Shown: positions 26,004 to 39,806 of the stretch, piece after piece
Position numbering within the stretch: the first letter of the stretch is position 1
Layout of the letters: the number at the start of each line of letters is the position of its first letter
Source of the DNA: Mobula hypostoma
Lineage: Eukaryota
NCBI RefSeq assembly: GCF_963921235.1
Contig: NC_086108.1
Span: 72,666,001-72,726,000 of the forward strand
Direction of reading: 5' to 3'
Length of the DNA: 60,000 bases
The notes under the pieces: generated by a model
What the model was told of the DNA's origin: nothing
Database searches by the model: none
Seen by the model: the letters and a program-made list of their open reading frames with translations, nothing else
Translations under genes and position numbers: made by a program

Positions 26004-26896
26004 ATCTTGTCTACAATAGAACACAGATACTGTACATGAGTTCTCGATGGGATGGCAACATTATCGTTTGCCTGAGGTTAAACTTGGATATGCCAGTGGC
26101 ATTGAACAGAGTTTCAGTAGAGTGGAAATATTTACATCAAGAAAGTAAAATTATTACAGATAACCACTTTTCTTGCATAATTTAGTTACAGCTCATTCTT
26201 CCTCTATTGTCATACTAAAACTTCCAATGTGACAGAGTAAAATTCACTACTTAAGGTTTTCTACTTGTTCATCTAATCTATGTTAAACTGTACTTTAGTT
26301 ACGTATATATACATGCCTGCCCCCATCTTTTGGAAAGAGCCATTTGTCTCTCAGCACAGCTTGCTCTGGAGGGGTTAGAAATGGAGACTGTGTAGATGAT
26401 GGTAAAAAGAAACCACATCCCCTGTCTCTTCTATGTCACACTGAAGAACACAAAGGATCTGTATTATACCTTTTAGCGATATACTTCGGAATTATCACTG
26501 GAAGAATGGGCACTGAAACTTCAAGTGTGAGTACAGTTTCAGGACAGTATTCAAAAGAACTGGTTGCAAACCATAATCCAAAGTGAAACAAATGATGTAA
26601 GTCATTGCAAATAACAAAATTATTATTGAGCTAAATTTTCCAGACAGTAGTAAACCTGTACTCACTGTTCCTGTTTTCACCATGATTACATTAAAGTGGA
26701 TTAGATCTTCCTTCTTGAAATTTCCATATTTATTTCTGATTTTTAGCATCTTCCGCTTTTTTGATTTTTAAATACATTTAACTTACTTTCCAAGATATGC
26801 AAGTTACTTGAATCTTACCTCCCCCCTGTGTTACAACAGCTTGTCTCCATTTAAATATCTAGAGACACTGATTCAGGCTCTGTGAGCACACATCGA

Positions 26897-27110
26897 AACA
26901 CACACAAAATGTCAGAGGAGCTCAGCAGGTCAGACAGCATCTGTGGAAGTGAATAAACAGTCGATGTTTTAGGCCGAGACCCTACTTCAGTCCTGAAATG
27001 CCTGGAATGTTGACAATTTATTCATTTCCATAGATGCTGCCAGATCTGCCGAGTTCCTCCAGCATTTGGGGTGTTGCTTTGGATTTCCAGCATCTGCAGG
27101 CTTGTGCTTA
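26897..27110 (+). mobile_element. Miniature fold-back PLE derivative
   Basis: The inverted arm aaacacacacaaaatgtcagaggagctcagcagg...ggccgagaccct pairs with ...catagatgctgccagatctgccgagttcctccagcatttggggtgttg. The tail is gatttccagcatctgcag. Confidence 0.8.
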
Positions 27111-28874
27111 AGATACAACATCCCTGTGGGGACTATGCAGGAAGTCAGTGTTCTGTCACTGGAATGCTCTGGAGTGAAAGGTGGGAACACAGTCAGGAAG
27201 TCAGAAAGTTAGGAGCTTGTGCATTCATGCACAAATGTGCTTGGATATTTAGTTACACAGAAATGAGCCTGCTTGACCAACATACCAAGGGCAAATGTAT
27301 CTGTCCACAGTGGCTCTGATAGAAATGACAACCACATTATGCTTGGACAGTTAACACCACATTTTCACACCAGGAGTACCCTTCTACAGGACGACTTGGG
27401 CTGCCACTCCTTGCAGTTGGAATGCCCAGATCCTGAAATGTCAACTAATAAACAAATGCATGTGAACTCATGCTATGTGGCCCAGAGTGGCACCCTTTGG
27501 AAACTGAGGAACGATTGGGCAGTCAGAGTCATAGACTGCTGATTCCCGCTGGTGCAGAGAGTGATTGAGGCAGACCTGTTCTCTCCCTCTTGGAGTGTTA
27601 GGTTGTATGGACTCGCCAAGTTAAGTCTGCTTTATCTCCTAATCTATCAGGGCAGCGGCTTTATTTCCTAAGAATCTGTGCAAAAATGTCATCGGTTTGC
27701 AGAACTGAAGGGGTTTTCCTGTGCAGTTTCAAACTGTCTGAATTATTTGGAGCAATGTACACATTTGCTGTTATTAAATTTTGTGGTGAAGAGTGAGGCA
27801 TATTTAAAACAGATGGAATTGTGTATGTTTTAATCTATTTTTCAATACTCTGTATATAACACCAAATAATTAAGACCATTAACATGGGATCACTTTCCAT
27901 GTATCTGTTGCCGTGAACAAGGAATTGATCTTCATGACGCTGTGGCAAATGACATCATCTTCGCAATCTAAGGCTGCATGTTACCATCCCTTCCCCAACC
28001 CCCCCTCCAATCTGCCAAATAAGGTTTAGGTAATACCTATCTGGGGGGAATACTTATACATAATTTATTTTCTATTTTGAAGAATTTATGTTTCCTTTTT
28101 AAGTAGCAAGCATTACTAAATCTGCTGTGTTTCTTGTTAGGAATATTTTCGATCTTCCGGAAAGAAGTTCTGCCCTTTATTCCATAGCGACACAGTACAC
28201 AAATATGCTTACTGCTGCATAATTACTTGGCGACCTATTGCAACCCGCAATTCTTTACTGACAATCATTGAAGCAGACAGAAGGCCTAGACAGCTAAAGG
28301 GCTCACATAGATTCTTAGAAGTGATCAACCTATTCTCTTATTGCACTGTACAGCAACGAAAGCTGCGACACTGATGTAGTTGCTCATTTTTCCATCTGTT
28401 CGGAGACTGTTAATTACATTGATCGCAGACTGATGAATTGTTTAATAAACTGCCAGGACTCAGAATGCCAATACACTGCAATGATCAGCTGCTCATTATA
28501 CTTTATTTATCACTGTTCTTGCCATTAACTCGCTATAAAAAATGTTGTGTGCGGATCCTATGTCTTTTACAAAGGTATGTCTAATAATAGACCCTGATGA
28601 CCTTTCCGTGGAGGATGATGCTGACATCATGCCAAATATCTACAATAAAATCATCCATGCATTTACGGAGGAGATCTATATGATCACATGTATTTTCAGA
28701 TTTTCCCTAAAACAAAAGTGTCCTTTGTTGACCTGTGCCTGTCATGGTATTCTCAGTCTGCCTATAAGAAAGCAGTTGACTACTTATTTATGGGGCATAG
28801 CTGATCAAAATAACCCAATTAGCACAAATCCAAATGATACCACACAGCAGCACATCACCTTGGGGAGCAGCTCG

Positions 28875-29151
28875 TGCTTGTTTGTTTGTTTATTTAGTTA
28901 GTGATGCCGTGTGGAACGGGCCCTTTCACCCTGACAAACCCCACCACCCAGCAACCCACCTATTTAACCCTGGCCTAATCACAGGACAATTTACTACGAC
29001 CGTATGTCTTTGGAATGTGGGAGAAAACCAGAGCACCCAGAGGAAACCCATGCACTCGTGTGAAGCACGTGCAAACTTCTTACAGACAGCGACGGATTTG
29101 ACCTCTGAATTCCCTGAGCTGTAATAGCATCATGCTAACCACTTTGCTACC
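28875..29151 (-). mobile_element. tRNA-derived V-SINE (HE1-like)
   Basis: The minus strand starts ggtagcaaagtggttagcatg (A-box-like) and contains the V-domain-like gcatgggtttcctctgggtgctctggttttctcccacattccaaagac. Confidence 0.75.
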
Positions 29152-32100
29152 AGCTTAAAACCCTTGGAGCATTACCCTTACAGGAAGGCATTTAAAATTT
29201 CAGGAGAAAGTCACGTTCAGAAAGCACATAAGTGTAATCAAATGCCAGAGACTAGATCTCGAAAAATGTTAAACTTTGCCTATTCATAGTATTGTCACTG
29301 TGTCTTTCTTGTTAATCTTCCATTCTTCAGTCCTAGTTTACAGTTACTTCAAGTTATTTAATGTTAGAACTGAAAATAGTTTGTACAGTGATAACATTGA
29401 TGGGAAATGTTATCCAATCTGAAACAAAAGTCAACTATTAATTATAACCCAGTTAAATACAAAGTAGAAAGTGACTCGAAAAACGTGGTGGCTATGTTTC
29501 CATGCTATTCTTATACAAAAAAAACATGTACAACATGCATAGATGCTGATTTGCAGATCAGGAATCCTATTTGAACTTTCTCTGTAAAGACAAAAATCTG
29601 TAGCCAATATACATCATTTGAAGTTAGTCAAAATGATGATGCAAATGACTTTGAATTATAGAGTAGCTTAGTATTGCTGTCCGCCCAGGAAATGTAAAGT
29701 GCCACTTTTTCAATCTCAGCTGGATTGGCAGCTAAAGGAGACTTGGTAGAAGGCTGGAGGTACAGAATAATACCAGAGATGCATCCCTGTGGTGCTGGGA
29801 GAAGTATTCAAAAACAAATCGGTGCACAGTGCTTGTTGATTTTTTTTAGCTTTTCTTTGGAGAACTCCACTGGAAGTTTAAGTAATAGTGCATGTCATGC
29901 AAGAGGTTCAACAGCAGGAAAGCAATAAAAAAATCATTACAAACAAAGATAGGCTTGAATAGGTCTGGGTAGGTTGTAGACCCAGAGTTCATTGCTGATG
30001 CTGCAACATGAGTCAATATGATTCAGCAAATGGCCTCCAATTGAAATGTTATTTTAGTTGTATTTAATTTGAACTTCAAAACCATCCATGTACCTTAAAT
30101 GGATTGCTCTTAGAAGTTAATCTATAAATATATTCATTTGCCAATGTGGCAATGCATTTGTCTGAAGGTAAGCGTTGTTACAGTTAAAATGATGCTCCTT
30201 TCTTCAGCAAATCTCAGAAAAAGATTGTTTCATTTCAGTGCTAATATCAGGGCAGCTTTGAACTTGACTTGGCACTATCCATGCTCCTTACACAGCTAAT
30301 ACAGCCAAGATCTAACTCACCCTACCTTGAAACTTTCATTACATTTTGTGAATGTTTTAACAGGTTGCAAATCTGTTTTGTAGAACATATTAAACAGAAC
30401 AGTACAGTACTGGAATAGGCCTGCAGCCCATCATGTCCACATTAACCATGATGTTAATCTAAATAATCTCAAAGAGTAGTAAAATTCAACATTAAATCAA
30501 AAATCAGCAATGCATGAACAATGCCTCAAGGCTTTTAGTGCTGTACCTTAACACAAATGGAGATTTTTGCACATGATTAGTTAAAATTGAGTGCATTAAA
30601 GAGATACCAAGCTTGTTTTGCTTCCAGTTGGCCAAGGTTTCACATTCATTTGCAGTTTTCAATGAAACCTAATGAAATTCATTTTAAGGAACAAAATTGG
30701 TTTTTGAGAATAATTGAAATGCAGGAGGCTTATTAAGGAGGGTCACATACATCACAAACCACAAGAACAAATCACAACACTGACATGATCCTGAATTCTC
30801 AGAAGAAGCTGTAACTTGAAATCATTCCTAAGGAGCAATAATTTCTAACACGACAGGATATATAAGTGAATTGCTCACCATCAAAAATTGTACTGGTCCC
30901 TGAGAAATGCAAGAAATTCCACAAGACATTTATAACCAGATTCGGCACTCCCAAGTGAACATGGAAGTCTAGAATTGCTGACAGCAAGTTGATGGTGATT
31001 TCCTGGATATACTCCTATGTTGATCTGGGTGATTTCCTGAGTGTGCTCCTATGTTCATCGGCAGCAATGCATGAGGTTGCAATTACTATGAACAACCTAA
31101 CCAGGTTAGACCTGGCATAGAAATGTATTTAACGGATTGAGGACAAAAGATAAATGCAGTGGCTCCTTTAGCTATGGAAAACCCAATTTATGGAAATTCA
31201 ACTTTATGCAAATTCTGTTATAAATATAGAACATCATTTTCAAGACAGTAATAAAATCATACATTTTGTGGTATTTATTAACCACTGGATGCAGTTTATG
31301 TTCCATTAATGTAACTATGGATAGTGTTAGGACATAGTCAATGAAATTAAGTTATTACATGAAGTGTATACACTTCAATGCGATATAGGTAGTTAAAGAA
31401 AACAGGCATTTCTAACCCATGGAAAAATCAGTTTATGGTCAGTTCTCAGGAATCGGCTCATGTAACTTGAAGTGCAAAACTGAGATTTTGTTATGAATTA
31501 ACTGAGTTTCGCTAATTATTTAAATACTAATTTTGTGCCTTTTAGTTTTTCTCATCTTAATTTCTATGATTTGATTGTTTAATCTATTTTAATAACTTTA
31601 TTGGAAACATTAAAAAAATGAAAATTATTTACAGCTTGAAAATGCAGGCACAGTAGCTCAGTTGACTGTCAAAGTTTTTCTTATCCTTTTTGTGGCTAGA
31701 GCTGATGTGGATCTTCACAAGGAATATTTGGGCAGTGCGAAATTAGCAGCCAAATGCTACAGCTATGCCGAAGATCCAAAAATGCCCCCAAGTGTCATAA
31801 AAATTTGATAACTGGTTCACTATTTCAATTTGAAACTATAATAAAAAAAGCAATTCCAATTGGTAATATTTCATATGAATTACTAATAATTTTGAAGTGG
31901 ACATGGTTTCTCTGTTTATTTTGTCCAAGGCTTGAATATTCCACATTCCCTCTGCTGTTCACCCATCATAACTTGTCCTGACACTGATGGAGTCCTTTGG
32001 GAAGGGCAAGGAGTGAGTTACACACTCTTTAAACAAAACAATTGGTTGTACCACGAATAGAGAATTTCTAAGGGTAATGCTTGTAAAACTAATCTTCCAT

Positions 32101-32364
32101 TCATACACAGTACTGGCCTGTAATATCATATTGTTCATGTGCTTCGGAACTGGTTGCCAACATTGCTCATCTTCATTTTATTCAAGATAAAAGTGAATAA
32201 CTTTTATAACCTTTCTATGATATTTTCAAATAATGATGATCTTTCACTGTGTACCTTGACATCTTAATAGTGTTCCACAATTCATGGGCATGTGGCTTCA
32301 GGTTATAACTACCATTCATTGCTAGTTGGCACTAAAGCTTTCACATCCCGTAAGGATAGCAATA

Positions 32365-33193
32365 CAGCAGATTCTGGTTAATTGGGATGCAACTGGACCA
32401 ATCCATTTTGGCCTAAATAAGTGGCTACACCAATAAGCCAAAGTTCCATCGACATAGTTAAAAAGGTATAAAAACAAGACAAACTACCGTTTTACTGAGT
32501 AATAATTTGTGTATTTAAATAAAATACAGAACAAATTAGAACACTCTCAATATTACTATACTGTACTCCAGCACTATAAAACTATTAGTTCCCACTAGTT
32601 ATCGAATGAGGAATTCATCCAGTGTACCCGTTCTTTTGACTGACTGTAAATGAACAGTCAGCACAGACACCTAGTGTAGATAATGGGCCGTCTTCATGCA
32701 ATGCTACCAACGATTGCATCCTCCAAATTTTCATTTTTGTTGTAATATTCAAGATGACTGGTGACACCTTCAAATTCTTTATAATTCCTAACTTCTTGAA
32801 GTAGTGAAATCGTTCCATTTTCACTCCCAACTGTTTCTAGCATCTCCAAGGCTGAATGCTTGAAACTGCAGTGAGCAAGACTGTTCTGAATTGTCTTACT
32901 GCTATTTTCAGACCAACTATTAGTGACAAAAAACACTACTTTTTGAACACAATCGCATGTGACTAACGCTATTTAAGAACTGCTCACTCGAAGTACAGGG
33001 TAGTGTCTAATGGCCACACTGTATGCATCTGATGTTAGTTAGAAAGTGTTCGGCTACAGTCTCCTGCCCCAATTAAGTTGCATGGTTTCCCAAATAAATG
33101 AAGGGAATTCTGGATATTTTCTCGATTAGTTTTTGTTCTTTATGAGTTGTCCCAAATAAGCAGCTGTGTCAATTAATTAATGGCCCAAATGTA
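32365..33193 (-). mobile_element. Tigger/pogo (Tc1-mariner) DNA transposon, internally deleted
   Basis: It starts TA|CAGCAGATTCTGGTTAATTGGG, with repeated cccaaataag/cccaattaag subterminal motifs at both ends. Minus ORF 32694-32936 (SWSENSSKTIQNSLAHCSF) resembles the pogo DDE C-terminal W..v...TI.NCF...GF motif. The right TIR is eroded. Confidence 0.65.
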
Positions 33194-34749
33194 CTTAAAA
33201 AAAATGAAAGAAAGACGTACTAACATAACTACCTCAGACAACTTTTCAAGTTTTTGAAATTAAGTGATATCTTTAAAGTTGGGTGGTTGTTAGGCATTTT
33301 TACCACTAAAACCATTATTACTTGTGGAGCAGCCCAAATATATATAACAGAGCTACAGAGTGTCAACCTAATTGTTCCATAGAAAACTAGGAAGATAAAG
33401 TAAATTTTCAAGCTAATGGACATGACTCACCACACCTCACCAAAATGCAAGGACTTCCTGCAGGAGGTCATAATTTCCATTATGCAGCTATGTTGTAATT
33501 CACCTTAATCAATAGATGGCAATGGGAAACCTTCTGAATTAATAAATCATTTCAGATTTGCTGATTAAATTAGAGTTTTAATAGTTTTACAAGTTAATCG
33601 AATAATGTTGGAAGAGATGCAATCTCAATTCAGTTTAAATGATCGTGTTGATTGTGTTATATGGGTTTGCTTGATTTACTTCATAATGAACTGTGTGGGT
33701 GGCAAGCTAATCTATACTTAATGCAGTAAACACAACCCTGATAAGCCACTTCTAATAGCAAAGTTGATAAGTAAGAAAAGTCAATATTCTCACTGTAGCA
33801 GTTTTAAGGATGAATTTTAAATTAATGTTGTCGGAGCTGTTGTCCCAGAACAGACCCCTTGTGATGATAATGACTCCATTAAACCTAATGGCTAAGATTA
33901 AAATAGTTTGGATGATGTACCATTCCATGAGTAATATATCAAACCAGTTACTTCTCTCACAGTTTACGACAAATGCCATACACGGAATATTTAGGGGACA
34001 TCCGGATTATAACCATATCCTTCATTATCCTGCCACTTGGGAAGTTTCGAAAAATAATATTTAAGTTCAGTGTCCTTGATTTTAACTCGCAGCTAAAGAA
34101 GAAGTCAACCCAAGAGCAAATTAGCTATGAGACATGAGTTAAAGTGTCTTGTTAAGAGTTACAGTGGTCCGCATCTACCTGCCTGAGATTTTAATGTTCT
34201 TTGCGTTTCACACTTCATTGGTAGGTCTCACACCATTTGCTGCACTGCTGCACAGCAAAGATACAGTACATATTGCAAACTCTGCAGAGCGATGAATAGC
34301 TTGGGATCACTCACAGCACAAGACTCAATCTGTGCAGGCATTCACAGTGGGTCAAGGAGTCACCACATTAAATGCATGTCTTACCCTTCCCATGCTCCCG
34401 TGTTTTCCTGCACCTCCATGGCAACTTCATTTGCTGCTGTACTGTGGCTGCCACTGAGGGATTATGCAATGTAACAATTGCAGTGTATAAACTGATACAA
34501 GGGTAGCATTTTTGCCGATATAATAGAAATGATTAAGATGTATTTAGACTGGTGCATGAGTGGGGAATGAAGAGATACAAAGCATTTTTGGGATTCGTTT
34601 GGATTAGCATCATGGTCAGCACAGATTTCATGGGCCAAAAGCCCTGTTCCTGTGTGATAGTACTCAATGTTCTTTCAGGCTGAGTCTAAAATATCGCCAT
34701 CCACAGTGGCAAAAACATAGCCGTTGCAATCTCTGCCGTCAGCTACTCT

Positions 34750-35035
34750 TCAAGTTCAAAGTTCAAAGTATATTTATGATCCAAGTACACACTGTACACG
34801 TCGCCAAAAACTACCCTGAGATTCATTTTCTTGCAGGCATTCATAGTGCAACAATTAAGTACAATAACGTCAACAAACACTACCCACATGGACCAAAAAA
34901 CAAACAATGTGCAAAAGAAGACAATCCATGCTAATAATAATAATAAATAAGTAAATGAATACTACTGAGAACATGAATTGTAGTGTCCTTGAAAGTGAGT
35001 CTATAGTTGAATTGGACCTTAGGTTGTGGAATCTT
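34750..35035 (-). mobile_element. Rex1-like LINE 3' UTR fragment with (TTTGAAC)n tail
   Basis: caagttcaaagttcaaagt...ctgagattcattttcttgcaggc...gtccttgaaagtgagtc; the same sequence recurs at 39436 and 53210. Confidence 0.7.
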
Positions 35036-35289
35036 TCAGAGTCTCATCTTAACACAGTAGTCATGGTGTTAAAACCTACCTAGTGTGTTTATTTATTTGT
35101 AACTTTTTTCCAATTTCATCATAGTAATAGGATCCCCCGATTGGATGTCAGCACTAAATACAGCACCCTTTTAGCCCTCCCAATAAGGAGGAAGTCATTT
35201 TTTTTTTGCAGGGGGGATGCATGCGCGTTATTGTAATTTCAGAGCTTCCTTACTTCAGGAGGAAACCATAGGAAAGGATTCTGAAAATA

Positions 35290-36010
35290 AGACCATAAGA
35301 CATAGGAGAAAAATTAGGACATTTAGCCCATTGAGTCTGCTCCACCTTTGAATCATGGCTGATCCTTTTTTCCTGTCCTCAGCCCCACTCTACGGCCTTC
35401 TCCCCAAAACCGTTGATGCCGAGTCCAATTAAGAACCTTTCCCTCTCTGCCTTAAATATATCCAACGACCTGGCCTCCACGGCTGCCTGTGGTAACAAAC
35501 TCCACAAATTCCCCAACCTCTGGCTAAAGAAATTTCTCCGCATTTCTATTTTAAATGGACATCCATCTATCCTGGGGCTGTGCCCTCTTGTCCAAGACTC
35601 CTCTATCATGGGAAACATCCTTTCCACATATACTCTGTCTAGGCCTTTCAACATTCAAAAGATTTCAATGAGAACCCCTCCCATCCTTCTAAATTCTAGC
35701 AAGTACAGACCTAGAGCCATCAAATGTTCCTCATATGATAACCCTTTCATTCCCAGAATCATCCTTATGAACCTCCTCTGAACTCTCTCCAATGCCAGTA
35801 CATCTTTTTTTAGATGAGGAGCCCAAAGCTGTTCACGTTACCCAAGGTGAGGCTTCACCAGTGCCTTATAAAACTTCGACATCACATCACTGCCCTTGTA
35901 TTCCAGACCTCTTGAAATAAATGCTAACATTGCATTTGGCTTCCTCACCACCTTTATCCTTTAGGGTGTTCTGCATAAGGACCCCCCCCCAAGTCCCTTT
36001 GCATCTCAGA
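35290..36010 (-). mobile_element. CR1 LINE 3' fragment
   Basis: ORF 35379-35654 reads LKGLDRV...RRNFFSQRLGNLWSLLPQAAVEA; tail agaccataagacatagg. Confidence 0.9.
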
Positions 36011-36329
36011 TAGCTCTGATATGAATCAGAGGCATACCAGAACAGCAAGACAAGATTCTTTTTTTAAGATTCCAAGGCAAACTGACAACAAAGAAAGTAC
36101 CTTGTGGAAGTGGGTCTGGCAGATTCAAGTATCTGGTATTCCTGGTGCCTTAATTTATGCACTCTAACCTGGAGGGATGAACAAATTAAATATATTGTTA
36201 CCTCAACATGGGTAATCACAAACAATGCCAGTGACAAGGCTGCTGTTGGCTATCTAGGTGCAGGAAGAGCATTGATGAATTGCACTAATAAAGATACTGT
36301 GGTCTCTAACCTCCTTCATTATGTTGCAG

Positions 36330-36461
36330 ATATGGCAGCTGTTGACATCGATCAATATGACATCCACACCATTGCTGACGCTCTCAAGCATTACTTACGA
36401 GGGTTGCCTTCACCTGTGATTCCACCAGCTATTTACAGTGAGCTAGTCTACACTGCCCAAG
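36330..36461 (+). CDS. Internal coding exon of a class IA PI3K regulatory subunit (p85 family; PIK3R2, PIK3R1 or a long PIK3R3), BH/RhoGAP domain
   Basis: Acceptor ctccttcattatgttgcag|AT and donor CAAG|gtaaaa; 132 bp, phase 1-1. The peptide DMAAVDIDQYDIHTIADALKHYLRGLPSPVIPPAIYSELVYTAQ resembles the recalled p85-alpha segment [30 protein letters not shown], which is also a 132-bp exon as I recall. The paralog is not resolvable by eye. Confidence 0.88.
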
Positions 36462-37629
36462 GTAAAATGATGCCTGATTCTCAGCTTCTTCATAAATCTG
36501 TAAATAAAAATCTATTCTATAATGTAGTGGTGAATAATAGTCTGATAAATTGGTGGTGCTTTTCAGTTCTCCTTTTCCAAAAGCTCGGTCACGTTCTTTT
36601 CATTTAAGAGTATTGTTATACCTATCAATTTTGCTTGAGAAACATCAAAAGGCTTAAAATCAGTATATCTGTTTTATGTAGGTTTGTTTCTTGTGGAATG
36701 TTAACTGATCCTGCAACTGGTTGTTTATAGAAACCAATTATTTCAGCAATGGACTCATGTAAACACCTTATAGATTTTGCATTAAACTATAATATTCATG
36801 CTTCTTTCTGAAAATTTAGATTTAGTTCTCAACTATCCAATTAGAGCATTGCATATTTTATCTTAATTAACTCAGTGGCAAAATGAATAAGTACTCAACT
36901 CCAAGTGCTTTGCAACAATTTAGGCTGGAAATATTTAATGTTCATGAGGTGTAAGGATCTAATAAACTATAGCCAGGTGAGGATCCACAATCCTATTCAG
37001 AGACATAGGATGAATGTATGGAATCATTATACCATGGGCAGAGGCCATTCTGTTTACCAATCATCTAGTGTATCATCATTTCTCTCCCCATAGCTCTGCA
37101 ATATTTTCTCTCTAGTTCAACAATTCCGAATCTTTTTATGCAATAGAGCCTCACCATTTACCAAGATGTCTGTGAACCCCAGGTAGGGAACTCCTGCTCT
37201 AGTACCCCCTGAATCACGTTACTTCTTATAAGATGTCTAATTATTCAGCCAATGATATCTCACGACTTGCTGTAAAATATCACGTGAAGGCAGGATCAGG
37301 CACTGAAACAGTTGCGGTCTCACCAAAGATAAATATTGTGAGCTGTCGTCAAGCCCTTCTGAAAGACGGCAGGTCTTAGTTTCTGGTGCCTACAGAACTG
37401 CATACACTTGTGGGTAAAAGGGAGATGCAAGAGAGAATAAAAATGGAAAAATTGTCAGATCAGTATATCTTTAGTTGAGCTTCAAGTCAACAGGAGCCAA
37501 TTTATTATAAGTAAGAAGAGATTATTGTCAGCGGGAGCAAATAGATGACATTGCACTAAGAAGCAAAAAAAAACAATACTGTTCTGGAATTAGTTCCAAT
37601 TTCAGCCAGCTGGCTGCAAGCATGCAATT

Positions 37630-38790
37630 AGACCAGAACACAAGACATACGGAAACAGGCCACTCGGCCCCCAGTGAGCCTGCATTCCATCATGACTGAT
37701 TTATTATACACTCAATCCCATTCTCCTGCCTCTCCCCATAACTTCTGATATCCCAACTAATCAAGAACCTATCAACCTCTGCTTTAAATATACCCAATGA
37801 TTTGGCCTCCACAGCTGTCCATGGCAATGAATTCCAGAGATTCACTACCTTCTGGCTAAAGAAATCCCTCCTCATCACTGTTCTACAGTATATGGATGTT
37901 CCTCTATTCTAAGGCTGTGCCCTCTGGTGCTAGACTCACCTGCTATAGGAAACATTCTCCCCACATCCATTTTATTCAGACTTTTCAACATTTGATGGGT
38001 TTCTATTACCTCATTCTTCTAATCCCCAGAGGCATCAATCACCTCCCAAACTGAATAATAACCCTTTCATTCCTGGAATCATTCTTGTGAACCTCCTCTG
38101 GACCCCTCCAATGCCAGTGCATCTTTTCTTAGATAAGGGGCCCATAACTGCTTGCAATTCTCCAAATGTGGTCTGACCAGTGCCATATAAAGCCTGAGTA
38201 TTACATCCTTGCTCTTTTATTCTAGTCCTCCTAAAATGAATGCTAATATTATTCCATGTGCCTTCCTTACCACCGACTCAACCTGCCATTTAACTTCTGG
38301 AGAATCCTAAACGACGACTCCCAAGTCCCTTTGCATCTCTGAATTTTGAATTTTCTCCTCGCTTAGAAAATAGTCTATGCCTTTATTCTTTCTACCAAAA
38401 TGCATGACCATACACTTCCCTACACTATATTCCATCTTTTACTTCTTTGCCCATTCTCCCAATCTGTCTAAGTCCTTCCTCCTGCAGCCTCCCTGCCTCC
38501 CCGCCTCCCCAACACGATCTATCTCTCTACTTATCTTCCTGCCATTTGCAAACTTGGCCACAAAGCCATCAATTTGGCGTTTAAATTATTGACAAATAAA
38601 GTGAAAAGAAACTTTCCCAACACCAACCTCTGCGGAACACCACTAGTCACTGGCAACCAATCAGTAAAGGTCCCACTTTTTGCCTTCTGCCAATCAGCCA
38701 ATACTCTACCCATGTTAGCACCTTTTCTGTAATACCATCGTACCTTATCTTGTTAAGCAGCCTCATGTGTGGCACCTTGTCAAAGGTTAG
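37630..38790 (-). mobile_element. CR1 LINE fragment (RT C-terminal half plus 3' end), degenerate
   Basis: ORFs 37690-37878 (RRDFFSQKVVNLWNSLP) and 38531-38713 ([15 protein letters not shown]). Confidence 0.88.
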
Positions 38791-39435
38791 TTTACCTTTA
38801 TATTTCATCTTTTCACTCCTTATGGCTTTTTAGTTACCCTTTATTTTGTCCTTGACTTGCCTCGTCAGCCGCAGTTGCCTCATCTTCCATGTAGAATACT
38901 GTGTTCAATAATAGCTGCCATTTATTAATTAAAGTCAAATGTTAGTCCAATGTTGATGCTGGAAGTAATATACTGTTCTGACTTCATAAATTACTAATTA
39001 TGAACTTATTTATCATTCTAATCCAATATTTGAGGTCTTGATATTTAGTATTGTTATTTTTTGTGATATGGAGTCAATGTCAGGCCAAATCATTTGAGAG
39101 CTGACATGCAGAATCTTCATCTTCATAAAATATTACTGAAGTAATAAAAAATATCAATCAGTTCCTAAGGCTATTATAGATGGTATATCTAAAACTGAAG
39201 CAGGACAAAATGCTCTGCATTGATCTGAAGGGAAAGCATTGTTGAATCAAATAGATTTATGAAAGCACACATGCTTAAACATTGGATGCCAATGGTTTGG
39301 GTATAAAAGGTAATAAAGCACCAACATAAGGTGCCAGGGCAGGGGAAAGGAAGGTACCCACGCAACTGTTTCCCTGCACCAGGGAAAGCCATTGGTTGTG
39401 GTTGTTTTGGGGAGCACTTTGAGAGTATGATAACA

Positions 39436-39806
39436 TCAAAGTTCAAACTAAATTTATTATCAAAGTACATTTACAATGCTGAAATTCATTTTCTTGCAGG
39501 CGTACTCAATAAATCCATAATAGAGTCAATGAAAGGCCGCACCAACTGGGTGTTCAACCAATGTGCAAAAGACAACAAACTGTGGAAATACAAAAAAGAA
39601 AGAATAATCATAAATAACAGTAATAAATATTGAGGACATGAGATGAAGAGTCCTTGAAAGTGAGTCCATAGGTTGTGGGAACGTTGCCGTGATGGGGCAA
39701 GGGAAGTTATCCCCTTTGTTTCAGGAGACTGATGGTTAAGGAGTTAATAACTGTTCCTGAACCTGGTGCTGAGAGCCCTGAGTCTCGTGTTCCTCCTTCC
39801 TGATGC
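39436..39806 (-). mobile_element. Rex1-like LINE 3' fragment
   Basis: Same UTR as 34750 and 53210, plus the ORF end ctgttcctgaacctggtg...cctccttcctgatg. Confidence 0.75.

Noticed and set aside
36104..36607. 167-aa ORF as a single-exon gene
   Set aside because: Only the central 44 codons between splice sites resemble a protein; the flanks are intronic read-through
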